Shown here one piece after another: positions 12,111 to 23,506 of a stretch of 64,000 nucleotides of DNA. The stretch lies in the NCBI GenBank assembly GCA_030390025.1, contig CM059432.1, positions 60,204,001 to 60,268,000 of the forward strand. Direction: 5' to 3'. The notes beneath the pieces are model-generated. The model was not told the DNA's origin and did not search any database. It worked only from the letters and a program-made list of their open reading frames with translations. Source of the stretch: Squalus acanthias. Lineage: Eukaryota. Both the position numbers and the translations under genes were made by a program. How positions within the stretch are numbered: position 1 is the stretch's first letter; every line of letters starts with the position of its first letter.

Positions 12111-12541
12111 ATATGTACTTCTTAAAGATAGAACTCAGCAAAATTACAGATAAAAAATAATATCAATTATACTATTATTTAAATATGTGCTATGTTGCCA
12201 TATATAGTCTTGATTTTGAAGTTGAGGATTTTAACAGAGTTAAGAACAGGAGAAGGTGAAAAGAAAAAAAAAATTATAGAGCCCATCTAGCTTGTTTTTC
12301 CCATTTATCCTGAAGTGGAGGTCCATGTGTTTCTATTGCCATCTTGTCCTACATCCAAGTCTATTTTCGTGTGCTTAGCAGCCTCCTAAGCCTCCTATAT
12401 GGCAGGCAAGAAGTCCATGCTCATTATGAGCCAGATGTGTGCACCCCGCCATATTGCTGAAGGCAAAAAAATCGGCATGCAGTTCCCACACCTGAAACAG
12501 GCCTTAGTCCTTTGCATGTGTATATAAGGGGCCTAACACCT

Positions 12542-14777
12542 CAGTTTTAGGTCCATTACTGTTTTCAATTTTTATAAACAACTTAGACTCGGGTGTAGGA
12601 GCAGCATTATAATGTCTGCAGATGATACAAAACTTGGCAAAGTAGTAGATAGTGATGAGAATAGTTATAGGCTTCAGGATGACATGACAGGATCGCGGAA
12701 TGGGCAGAAGCATGGCAGATGGAGTTCAATGTGGAGAAGTGTGAAGTGATGCTTTTTGGGGGGACTTGTATGGAAAGACAGTAGACTATAAATGGCACGA
12801 TTTTGAAAAGTGTAGATGAGCAGAGAGACCTTGTTGTACATATACACAAATCCTTAAAGGTGGTACGACAAGTTGATAAGATGGTTAAAAAAGCATATGA
12901 ATTACTTGGGTTCATAAATAGAGGAATAGAATATAAAAGCAAAGAGATCATGCTAGAACTTTATAAATCACTAGTTGGGCCTCAGCTGGAGTTCTGTGGA
13001 CAATTCTGGGCACCACACTTCAGAAAAAAAGATGTAAAGGCCTTAGAAAGGGTACAGAGGAGCTTTACCAGGATGTTACCAGGGATGAGGGACTTTAGTT
13101 ATGAGGAGAGGTTGGAAAGGTTAGGACTGTTCTACTTGGAACGGAGAAGGTTAAGAGGTAACCTAATAGAGGTTTTCAAGGTGATGAGAGGTTTTTATAG
13201 AGTAGATAGAGAAAAACTATTCCCTATGCCAGGTGGGTCAATAACCAGATGTCATAGATTGAAAATTATTGGCAAAAGATCGAGAAGGGAAATGAGGTGA
13301 TATTATTTCACTCAGACAGTTGTTGGGATCTCGAACGCTTTACCTGAAAAGATGGTGGAAGCTGTTCTAATAAATAATTTTAAAAGTGAGTTGGACAGGT
13401 GCTTGAGGATGAGAAACATACAGGGTTACGGACAAAAAGCGGGGATGTGGAACTAAGCACAACTGCTCTTTCTAAGAGCCAGCACAGACACAATGGGCCG
13501 AATAGCCTCCTTCTAGAATCATAGAATCGTTACAGCACAGAAGGAGGCCATTCAGCCCGTCGAGCCCGTGCCAGCTCTCTGCAAGAGCACTTCAGCAAGT
13601 CCCAATCCCCCGCCCTTTCTCCGTAGCCCTGCAATTTATTTTCTTTCAGGTACTTATCTAATTCCCTTTTGAAAGCCACGATTGAGTCTGCTTCCACCAA
13701 CCTTTCAGGCAGTGCATTCCAGATCATAACCACTCGCTGCGTAAAAAAGTTTTTCCTCATGTTGCCTTTGGACCTTCTGCCAATCACCTTAAATCTGTGT
13801 CCTCTGGTTCGCGACCCTTCCGCCAATGGGAACAGTTTCTCTCTATCTACTCTGTCTAGACCCCTCATGATTTTGAACACCTCTATCAAATCTCCTCTCA
13901 ATCTTCTCTGCTCTACGGAGAACAACCCCAGTTTCTCCAGTCTATCCATGTAACTGAAGTCCCTCATCCCTGGAACCATTCTTGTAAATCTTTTCTGCAC
14001 CCTCTCTGAAGCCTTCACATCCTTCTTAAAGTGTGGTGCCCAGAATTGGACACAATACTCCAGTTGTGGCCGAACCAGTGTTTTATAAAGGTTCATCATA
14101 ACTTCCTTGCTTTTGTACTCTATACCTCTATTTATAAAGCCTAGGATTCCATATTCTTTTTTAACCGCTTTCTCAACCTGTCCTGCCACCTTCAATGATT
14201 TGTGCACATATACCCCCAGGGCTCTCTGTTCATGCACCCTCTTTAGAATTGTATCCTTTAGTTTATATTGCCTCTCCTCATTCTTCCTACCAAAATGTAT
14301 CACTTCGCACTTTTCTGCGTTAAATTTCATCTGCCACGTGTCCGCCCATTCCACCAGCCTGTTTATGTCCTCTTGAAGTCTATCCCTATCCTCCTTACTG
14401 TTTACTATACGTACAAGTTTTGTGTCATCTGCAAATTTTGAAATTGTGCCCTGTACACCTAAGTCCAAATCATTAATATATATCAAGAAAAGCAGTGGTC
14501 CTAGTACCGACCCCTGGGGAACACCACTGTATACCTTCCTCCAGTCCGAAAAACAACCATTCACCACTACTCTCTGTTTCCTGTCACTTAGCCAATTTTG
14601 TATCCTTGCTGCCACTGTCCCTTTTATTCCATGGGCTTCAACTTTGCTGGCAAGCCTATTATGTGGCACTTTATCAAATGCCTTTTGGAAGTCCATGTAC
14701 ACATCAACCGCATTGCCCTCTTCAACCCTCTCTGTTACCTCAAGTGGTGTGCTGCAAGTTTCTATGCTTCTATGATT
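12542..14777 (+). mobile_element. 5'-truncated CR1 LINE split by a second CR1
   Basis: ORF2 C-terminal peptides (12803-13300). 3' UTR broken at 13513 (GCCTCCTTCT) and resumes at about 14748 (TGTGCTGCAAG..TTCTATGCTTCTATGATTCTA). TSD-like 12533-12541 / 14778-14786. Confidence 0.85.
13514..14745 (-). mobile_element. 5'-truncated CR1 LINE with uninterrupted RT ORF 13530-14702
   Basis: [32 protein letters not shown]; (ATTCTATG)n tail. Confidence 0.93.
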
Positions 14778-15351
14778 CTAACGCCTGTTTGTGGTCCCCA
14801 CTGCAAGAATGGTTTGTCCTGAGGCAACCGACTGCACTCAGGAAATCCAGGTCTACATCCAGCCTAATAGGTGGCCCTTAAAAGGACTTCCTGTTAGGCT
14901 GCAAGCAACAAGACACATTTTTAAAATATACTTATATGAATGCGTAGCCAGGAGGAGCAGGAGTGTTCCTCCTGACCTCACATTCAAAGAATGCGGGCCG
15001 CTGCTGCCCACCAGTCCCCTTCTCGATCGACTCTGCTACCTCCATGCCCCCCCCGATTGCTGCTGTTACCCTTCCAGATCGCTGCTGCTACCTCCCCCCT
15101 AATTGTTGCCACTACCTCCCCTCCGGCTACCAATACTTCCTTGCCCCCCCCATCCCTATCTCCAGACCCAGTCACTTGCCCCTCTTCCCGACCTGATCGC
15201 TCCCCTTCTCGGTCGACCCACTTCCTCACTTACCTGAGGGCTGCTACTTGCTAGCTCGATGGAAATGAGGCCTGAAGCCACTATCGGGGGCGCCTTGGGC
15301 CTATCCATTCAGGTGCATGGATTGATTCCTGCGCCCAAGTATCTAGGCCCC

Positions 15352-15731
15352 TGTGTTTAAATCTCTTTATGGCCTTGCCCCTCTCTATCTCTGTAATTAT
15401 TTCCAGCCCTACAACCCCCCCACCATCTGAACTCTCCATTTCTCTCACTTCAGCCTCTTATGCATCCCCCTCTTTTGTCCCACCATTGGTGGCTGTGCCT
15501 TCAGCAACCTAGGCCCTACACCCTGGAATTTTCTCCCCAAATACCTCCATCTCTTCACCTCCATCTCCTCCTTTAAGAACCTCTTTAAAACTCAGCTCTT
15601 TGACCACACTTTTGGTCACTCCTTCTTTGGTTCAGCACCCACTTTTTCTGAGTATGCTTCTGCGAAGGGCCTTGGTACATATTTCTACGTTAATAGTGCT
15701 ACATAAATGTAAGTTGTTGTTGTTATTGTTG
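15352..15731 (+). mobile_element. L2-like LINE 3' end
   Basis: GGCTGTGCCTTCAGC..CTGGAATT and (TTG)n tail; homologous to 30140-30422. Confidence 0.65.
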
Positions 15732-15907
15732 ATCCTCGCTATGTGTAATACCATGTGGCATTACTGGTTTCATAGTCAGCATGAACCAATGAGATCCAAC
15801 AACCAATTCCACAACAACACAGAAGGCAGCCATGATACTAACTGCTCTTGATCTTCCTATTTATTACGGTTTTCATTTTAAAAAAAATTGTATTCTCCCA
15901 ACCTTTT

Positions 15908-16798
15908 GGGGGAGAAATTCAGTATCGCCCCATTTGGGGCGCAATTATCGTCCGGGGGCAAAAATTAGCGCCTGGCGCTAATTATCGCCTCCGACTGCAA
16001 ACTTGGCTTTTATCGCCCCTGGAGGTGATTGGAGCGCTAAATCAGGTGCTACACACCTGTCTTAAGACGCAAAGGCCGAGGAGTGAGGCGCTACCTCAGA
16101 GCACTGGCGAAGCTCATGTGATGTCAGTCAGCAATGGAACACAGACACACTGGCGCCAGCCAGTTCTTAAAGGGGAGGGTCAATCTTGCTCTCCATCCAC
16201 ATCCTGCTCATTGCAGCCTTGAATCTCGGCCTGGAGAGACCTGTACATCAAACCTGTTGGAAAGAACAATGGAGAGGCCCAGGGAAAGAGCTCAGAGTGC
16301 AGCCCCATATTCTCTTCTAAATTGATGCAAGGAAGATCAAGTCAGAAAGAACCTGCAAAGTGCTGCTCAGTACCCAAAACTCCTCAACACAGCTTTGAAT
16401 ATCTCCTGCAGTCTCTCTCTCTTACGAGGAATGCGTGGTGCAAAAATTTCGCCAACAAAAAAAGGCAGGAAGCGGTCGCCTTTAAATAGCGCTCCCCCAG
16501 TCCCTTCCCGACTGCAAAACGCTCCCCTCAACCTGTCGTTGCTAGCGGCAGGCGGTAAGACAGGGGGCGCCATGCAATATCCGGTCCGGGGCGCTACTGG
16601 GGCATTGCACTCTCAACTGACGTCACGATCTGCCGGCGCAGGAGATCGTGGCGGTAGTGTTTAACGCCGCCGCAAAATGTCTAGTTAATTTCGTGAGCGG
16701 TGCAAACATTGCCGCGCACGGGCGCTAGTTGCTTTGTGCCCCATTAGCGCCCTCTTAAGGTGCTAACGGGAGGCGCAAACCAACTGAATTTTTCCCCC
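15908..16798. mobile_element. Harbinger MITE related to the 50404-54394 element (inverted)
   Basis: TIRs GGGGGAGAAATTCAG / CTGAATTTTTCCCCC; TSD TTT; both termini match the opposite termini of 50404-54394; TAGCGCC repeats. Confidence 0.9.
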
Positions 16799-17307
16799 TT
16801 TGCCTTTAATTTTAATTTTTAATTTTTTTCTCTCTTCATATTCAGCCCATCAACTGCCTCTTCAAACAGTAAGAGAAAGCCAGCATAGTACTTATTGTTA
16901 TGCAACTGAGACATTGCATGTGCAAATACTACCTGAAACTACCACAACAGCGGAACACCATGAGTACTGGAATGCGCCTTTCAATAAGCACAGGACAAAC
17001 TAGAAATAGTTTATGTGCATGTGCTGAAAACTGTGACGCTGTACTTGGGTCACCCAAAATTCACTTATGGCAAACCCTGCGTATCCATCCTGTGCAGGAT
17101 TGAGGAATTTCAGAGTGGTGCACCTTGCCGTTATGTCAGGGGCGATGAAGACTGAAGATTCTTTTTTTTAAAAGTGGTATTTTACTGTTGCAATTGATCT
17201 GCAGTCAATTGCTATTAGGAAACTAACATTGTGGACCCATTTTCCACCAGGATTATATCCTGGCAAAGTACATGGATACACTTTCCATTGAGGACAGAGA
17301 AGATTGA

Positions 17308-18610
17308 AGTGGCAAGATTTCTGGTGAGCACTAAAATCCCACTAGTCCTGCCTCTTTAACATACTCGGCGCAAATGCCAGCGCAGGTTACATCTCTGCAA
17401 GCAACTCGGCCGAGCGAAGACATCAATGTCAGGCCGCCTGCCTTGCAGGTAACTCCCATGAGGGGGGATTGCACTGAGCTACGGGGGTTAGTTTCGATTT
17501 CTGTGAAGTTGGAGGAGAACTCTTGCTCCTCCTAGCCCATCTTTTCCTGCAGAAGGAGTTGCAGAAAGTTAGTATTTCTTTGTTGTAAACTGCTGTTTAG
17601 CTGTGTGAGACTGCATCAACTAGAGCATGCTGTGAGAGAGAAGCAGCACATTTGTAGAAGGATGGGGTGGTGGTCTTGTGCAAGAGATTGGCTTCAGTGA
17701 GAAAAGGTGGAAACAATTAGCAGAGGAGAGAAAGGCCTTCCAGTTGTGACCAGGTGAACCCAGTGTGCTGTTTATGACTGTTGTGAGAGAATGAGCCGCA
17801 TGTGAGTGTCTGTTTGTTAAGTAAAGGATAGCTGCTGCCTTGACCTGCTGTGAATGGAAAAGAAGCATACAGAGTATGGAGGGAGAATAAAAACACATGC
17901 ATGGAGGGCTGGGGTGCTAAAAAACTGCTATGGAAAGGTATGGCTCATATAAATGGAGGCAGGAAGAGCTGCATCTTACCCTTGCTGTCCTGATCAAGTC
18001 ATTGAACCTCTTCCTGCACTGAACCCATGTGTATGGGGTAATGCTTCAGGCACACACCACCTCAGCAATCTCCTTCCAAGCCTGCTGCTGTGCTTGTTTT
18101 GGCACTTTCTTGCCATCTCTTGGAACAAGGACCTGCCTCTGCTCCTGTACCTGCAGCAGCCGTACCTCCTCCATGGTGTCACTGAATCTTGGGAGCTCTT
18201 GCTCTGCACATTCTGAATATGCTGCAAGCAAGTGGAGAAATAGCAGAACTTATTCTTCTCAGGGCCATTAAACTACAAAACGTACAATTCTCAGGGCCAC
18301 TGAGACAATAAGAATTGCTGATAAATTGATCTCAGTCAGCAGGCAGCAGTCTTGACAGGGTGACTTGACACCACTTTTTAAGAGTTGCATTCACCCATTA
18401 AATAGTGCTGGTGTTGTGCGGCAATCCTGCCTCCCAATTGGGTAGGCTGCCTTTCAGCGATCGCAACACCTGGTCAGCTCGCTAATGCCATGCAAATAAG
18501 GACCAGCCGTCAAAAATCGGCTGGGCCATCCGGCTATCTGATCAGGCGGCCAGAGCTACCACATCGCCCAACGGTCACCTCAAAACTGCTCCGAGGGAAA
18601 ATCTAACCCC
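17308..18610. mobile_element. Degenerate Harbinger derivative retaining the SANT exon
   Basis: 17980-18231 (-) reads PRFSD...AWKEIAEVV..WVQCRKRFNDLIRTAR|GTAAG; right end GAAAATCTAACCCC; left end approximate. Confidence 0.65.
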
Positions 18611-19229
18611 TTATCTTTTACTCATAACTGTGTGGCATTACATCAGGAGTTTCCTTTGTTACCATTCTCAGTATCCTTTCCAATGCCTCTACAGGCTGGC
18701 AATGTGGCGCTATTGTGCTGTGGGTGCTGGAGCCTTATATTGTTGGTGATGCACACAAAAGTGTTGGCCCTAAGTGTTGTGAGTTTACATATGATAAGGT
18801 CCTGAATCTTATTTAAGTTAGGGCAAAGTCCCATAAGGTGCTTGGAGTACCTGAGCAGTCCTTCGGATGCCCAGCCCCCATTTCAAACTGCCACTTCAGG
18901 AAGGTTCCTTCAACTGGGCTGCTTTTTTAATTGCTACCATTTCCTGATCCTTAATTTTCCTCCTATAATAATGGTTCTTTACTGCAGAATTTACTAACTA
19001 TTTGTCTGCTTGTCTGTTTTACTGCTTAGTCACAAAAGCATTTTAATCTACACAATCAGCTTCTTAATGCAGTACTCCATCAGCTAATTTAGACTGTTTA
19101 CCCTGGACTATTGCATACTGTACTGGCTATTCCTCTGGGCATGCTGGTTTTTTTGCAGGTTTTGGAGGAGAAAGATCAGAGGCGGCATGTCAGACAGATA
19201 CACTGGCACCTTCTGTGATTATTTAGGAT

Positions 19230-19900
19230 CCACCCTTATGTCGTCACCATCTGCACAGGACCAAACATTTGCATTTGGACATGCATGAAGACCCTTGGTG
19301 GCAGTCGCAGAACTGTGCACATTCTTGCAGCCACAGCTGGAAATCAATTGCACGACAAGGATTTTTTTTTTATTTATTCATTCACGGGATGTGGACATTG
19401 CTGGCAAGGCCAACATTTATTGCCCATCCCTAATTGCCCTTGAGAAGGTGGTGGTGAGCCGCCTTCTTGAACCACTGCAGTCTGTGTGGTAAATGTACTC
19501 CCACAGTGCTGTTAGGGAGGGAGTTCCAGGATTTTGACCCAGCGACAATGATGGAACAACAATATATTTCCAAGTCAGGATGGTGTGTGACTTGGAGGGT
19601 TCTGTCATTAGCTGTCAAAGCACCCAATGACTTGAACTTTGACTCCCCCAAGTCCTTTCAAGCAACAGCAGAGCAATTGCGTGCCAAATTTCCCAATCTA
19701 CATTGCGCAGTTGCATCATGCAGTTCATGTTCGATTCATCTATTTCCCCCGGAAAATAGGCAGCACCACAACCTTGTCCTGCAAAGGGACTTTGCCATGG
19801 AGCAGGCAGAGACAAGCAGCAGCAACCAATGGCAGAAGATGACCCCAACCAAGAGACAGAAGACATATATCTTCACAAAGAACCAAGGTCACTCAGCAGG
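19230..19900 (+). pseudogene. Old Harbinger transposase remnant
   Basis: VAELCTFLQPQLE ... LSLAVKAPNDLNF..SFQ matches VTELCHLLQPDLE..LSVPVKVTVALNF..GSFQ at 51.1 kb; split by the LINE tail 19362-19598. Confidence 0.6.
19362..19598 (-). mobile_element. 3' end of a CR1/L2-group LINE
   Basis: VAGSKSWNSLPNSTVG..LQWFKKAAHHHLLKGN* followed by an A-rich tail; a shorter copy lies at 27410-27485. Confidence 0.75.
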
Positions 19901-20560
19901 AGAATTCTAATAGACGACACATTCACTTAAGTGCCTGAAGCATTCAATGTGCAACTGTCACTCAATGTCTGCCTCATATTGTGGCCAAACAAATCATGGC
20001 CACCATTGCCCACAGCCTTACATCAGAACCCATAAATACAGCATTTCTCCCCAACTATGTTATTCTGCCTCATCCAAATGAAGTCTCATAACACATTATA
20101 GTTCTAATTATGCCAAATTTCATTCCCAAGCAATGTGTGGTGTAGATGCTTTCAGTGTGTTTTACCCGAGCGCTTCCCCTTTCTGAGATTGTATTGTGCA
20201 TTATTTCTACTTCTGAACTGTGTGCTCCATCCTCGTATTTCCCCAGTGGGAAGACAAAGTGAGGTGCCTAGGCCTAGGGAATGGAGTTGGTCCAGAATCT
20301 CCATGTGTTCCACTAAGGCACCACAAGAATTGATGTGGTGGCAGCCTGGGGTGTATAATCTTTAACATACGTGTAGTTGTTTGAATGGGTATTAATGGAT
20401 CTGGTGTCTCTGAGAATCATCTCCGTCATCCATGCTAGCTCCTGCAATTCTCTTAACATGGTCAGAGATCTGCATGGGAGCAGACGTCTGGGAAACAATG
20501 AAGCTGTTGAAGTTCAGCATTATCTGCTTCCCAACATGGTGAATCCAGACAAGACACACT

Positions 20561-21435
20561 GGCCGCGATTTTATCGGCACTGAGGGGGCTGGTTTGGAGG
20601 CGGGTGAAAGGTTAAAATTGTTTTGATTGACGGCGGGGTCCGATCCCGCCGTCAACCCGCCTCCAAACAATTTTCCTAAGTGTCGGGTCCCTGATTTGCG
20701 CATGGACCCGACACCTAGCGGCGGGAAGAGGATTAAAGCCAATTAACTGCCTGTTAACAGTAGTTAAGAGTAGTTGACAGGCAATATTTTAATTTTGCCG
20801 CTTCTGCCTCAGGCTTCCTGACATCCGGACACCACGCCAGGTAAATGTGGCGTGTTGTGAGTCTGCTGTAATGTTTCTGCATTGATGACAACTGCAGAAG
20901 TGGTGTGAAGGATTCAATGGTGCACTGGTGAGTCTCAGAGGTAAGAAAATGTTGGGAAAATCATTTTTAATGCATTTACACATTACTTTAGGTAACAAGT
21001 TTTGAAAACGATGTCTAGTGCCACCTCATTGGGAGAACCTCTCTCACCAGTGACAGATCGCTCCTGTCACCTCACCTGCAGCTGCCATCTGTTCCAGCCT
21101 ATGGAGGGAGTCACTGGAGAGACTGGGTGCAACAGCTCACCTTTGTACAGTGATTGTCAGTGTTTGCAGCACCTCAATGCTGTCAAACACTGAGAAATGA
21201 GCTGTGAAAAAAAAATTGTGCGTGGTCCCTTTAAGAAAACCGGCAGATGATGTGTCATCAAATGACGTCATCTGACCAACTTCCTCTTAATTGGCCGGCA
21301 AGCCCGCAGGGCGGGCTTAACAAGGTCAATCAACGTAAAATCACGTCCGTGGGCCGGATGCAGTTGGGGGCGGGACTGGAAGCCGGAAACCACCTGACCC
21401 GCTCCCAACCCGCATCCATTGACAAAATCTCGGCC
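20561..21435. mobile_element. Harbinger MITE
   Basis: TIRs GGCCGCGATTTTATC / GACAAAATCTCGGCC; perfect TSD ACT; internal homology to 38541-41095. Confidence 0.9.
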
Positions 21436-22024
21436 ACTGTTGTAGATTGGAGCCCAAGGTTAGTAGTGCCCCAGCCAAACCATTTGTAATGGAAACTATG
21501 CCTGATCTTATGGCCTCGGCCAAGGAGGGTGGTAGTCTCTACTACAGAAGGCATTGCGTGGCTAAGCTCTCCATGGTGATTTATACTTGGTCAGGCGGTC
21601 ATAAAGTACTGTACAGCTGCGGGTTGTGGACTCCTCTTCAGCTTCACCACCAACCATACAGGCTGCTTGGTAGATTATCAAATAACTCCATGAAGTACTG
21701 ATCTTGAGGTATTGAATTACATTTGTACATAGTCCCCGTGAGGGCCAGATCCCTAGGAAGTCGCTAATAAGCCTTTGAGCTGGCCCATCTGCTAGCAGGT
21801 TGAGCCTCAGCAATTCCACCCAGACTTGCTCCTCTTCATTTGTGCTCTGTACTTCACCAAGTGCTCTTTCCTGAAATGCAATAACTGGCTCCATCTCTCC
21901 CACCCCCATGGGTGAATTGGCAGGCTTTCTGTGTTTTCAATTTATCCTACTTTCTTGCCTGTTGCCTTGGGTGTGCCTCTCACTACTTTAACTATTCACA
22001 CATTTTTTGTTTGCTAAATATATT

Positions 22025-22782
22025 GGCCCATATTTTCCGATCGGCGGCTTCTTGCGTGCGGAGGCCTCCGATCTGGAAAAAATCTACGGACTTACCTGAG
22101 GGTTCCTGAGGTGCGTGTACTTCTGCTCCTGGGCCTCTCCAAACTCGAAATGTGCAGGGCTCACGTATCCCAGAGGCGCATGCGGTTCTCAAGCATCCTT
22201 GGGATCACATGGGCCATGGGGAGCCAACAGGAGAAGGGAATCTCCCTTCATACACTTGACAGAAAGACCTGTCAAATATATGAATGGAGATCACCCCAAA
22301 AACACAGTAGAACATTAAATACATTTTTAAAAAACCATCACATTTTTAAAATGAGGTGAAATTACAATGAATTAAATATTTTAAACAAAAATTTAATTTT
22401 TTGAAAAAAATAATTAAAGTTTTTTACAGGGCTAAAAATAAACTTACCTTTTTTAAAAGTATTTTTAAATTATAAATGAGTCAAAATAATTTTATTTTTA
22501 CTTTTTTCAACTCTTATCCTGGTAAAAGCAGGCCTTACGCTTTTACCAGGCGTAAGATTTCTAAGGGTTTTCTGCAGGCGGAGGTTCTCCAGAAAGCGGA
22601 ACTATCCGCCCGCAGAGGCCCTTCTCTAGGGCAGATGTCCGATCTGGCAAGAGCATTCTTGACAGATCGGAAATACCGGTTTTCAGCGCATGCGCTTCGC
22701 ATGCCTGAAACCGGCATTTCCGAGGTCCCTACGGGTGTGTACACAGCTCGTACACACCAGTAGGCATCGGAATATACGGCCC
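22025..22782. mobile_element. Harbinger MITE
   Basis: TIRs GGCCCATATTTTCCGAT / ATCGGAATATACGGCCC; TSD ATT; GCGCATGCG motifs; AT-rich core. Confidence 0.85.
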
Positions 22783-23155
22783 ATTTAATTTCTTGGTCCT
22801 GTCTATTTGCAACACAAAATTCCTGATTGGTCCCCTTGGAGGATAAGACCAGATTTCTGATTCGTCCCCTTGGTGGACAAGACACACCCAACAGTTTGTC
22901 TGGAATGTATAAGTTGATCCTGCCTGCTGAAGTAATTAAGATCTTTGCAATGTGTAATTTGATCCATTCATTGTGACAGCCAGGCTCCAGAGCTCTCAGT
23001 GCTAACACTACTGCTTTCAGAGAACAGACAGGGCTCACCCTCCCGGGTTAGGAGCACACACAGCGCTCACACAGTCGAATTCAGATAGGAAGGGGTGAGG
23101 CCATGGAGGGATTTTAACATATGGATGAGAATTTTAAAATCAAGGTGTTGGTGGA

Positions 23156-23316
23156 CAATGTTCCCTAATTTTGTTTGGGTGCGTGGTCCCTTTAATGGGC
23201 TGCCTGGCCCATTGAAAATTTTGCACATGCGCAAAATCTCCTATTCAAAAGCCGGTAAGTGGCCTGCATGGGACCTCCAGACAGCTGTGCGACCGTGCAG
23301 CTTAGTGGGAACGTTG
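23156..23316. mobile_element. hAT-type MITE inside an L2-like fragment (about 23085-23480)
   Basis: TIRs CAATGTTCCC / GGGAACGTTG; perfect 8-bp TSD TTGGTGGA. Confidence 0.88.
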
Positions 23317-23506
23317 TTGGTGGACCATGAGCCAATATAGGTCAACGAATACAGAGGTGATGGGTGAGTGGGACTTGCGGCATGTTAGGACTCATGCAAC
23401 AGAGTTTTGGATGTGCTCACGTTCATTGAGGGTGGAAGATGGGAGGCTGGCCAGGAGAACATTGGAATAGTCGAATCTGGCAAATAAGACATAAATGTAA
23501 TGTTAT

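Larger units (their letters stand above)
12355..15350. mobile_element. Probable degenerate Harbinger-like non-autonomous element hosting nested CR1s
   Basis: Right end ATCTAGGCCCC; C-rich core 15000-15230 like 6038-6946; sequence resumes across the CR1 TSD CTAACACCT/CTAACGCCT. Left end uncertain. Confidence 0.4.

Noticed and set aside
13669..14881. Long antisense ORFs over CR1 copies (also 24256-24795, 26564-27148)
   Set aside because: Shadow frames of LINE ORFs, repeated across copies.
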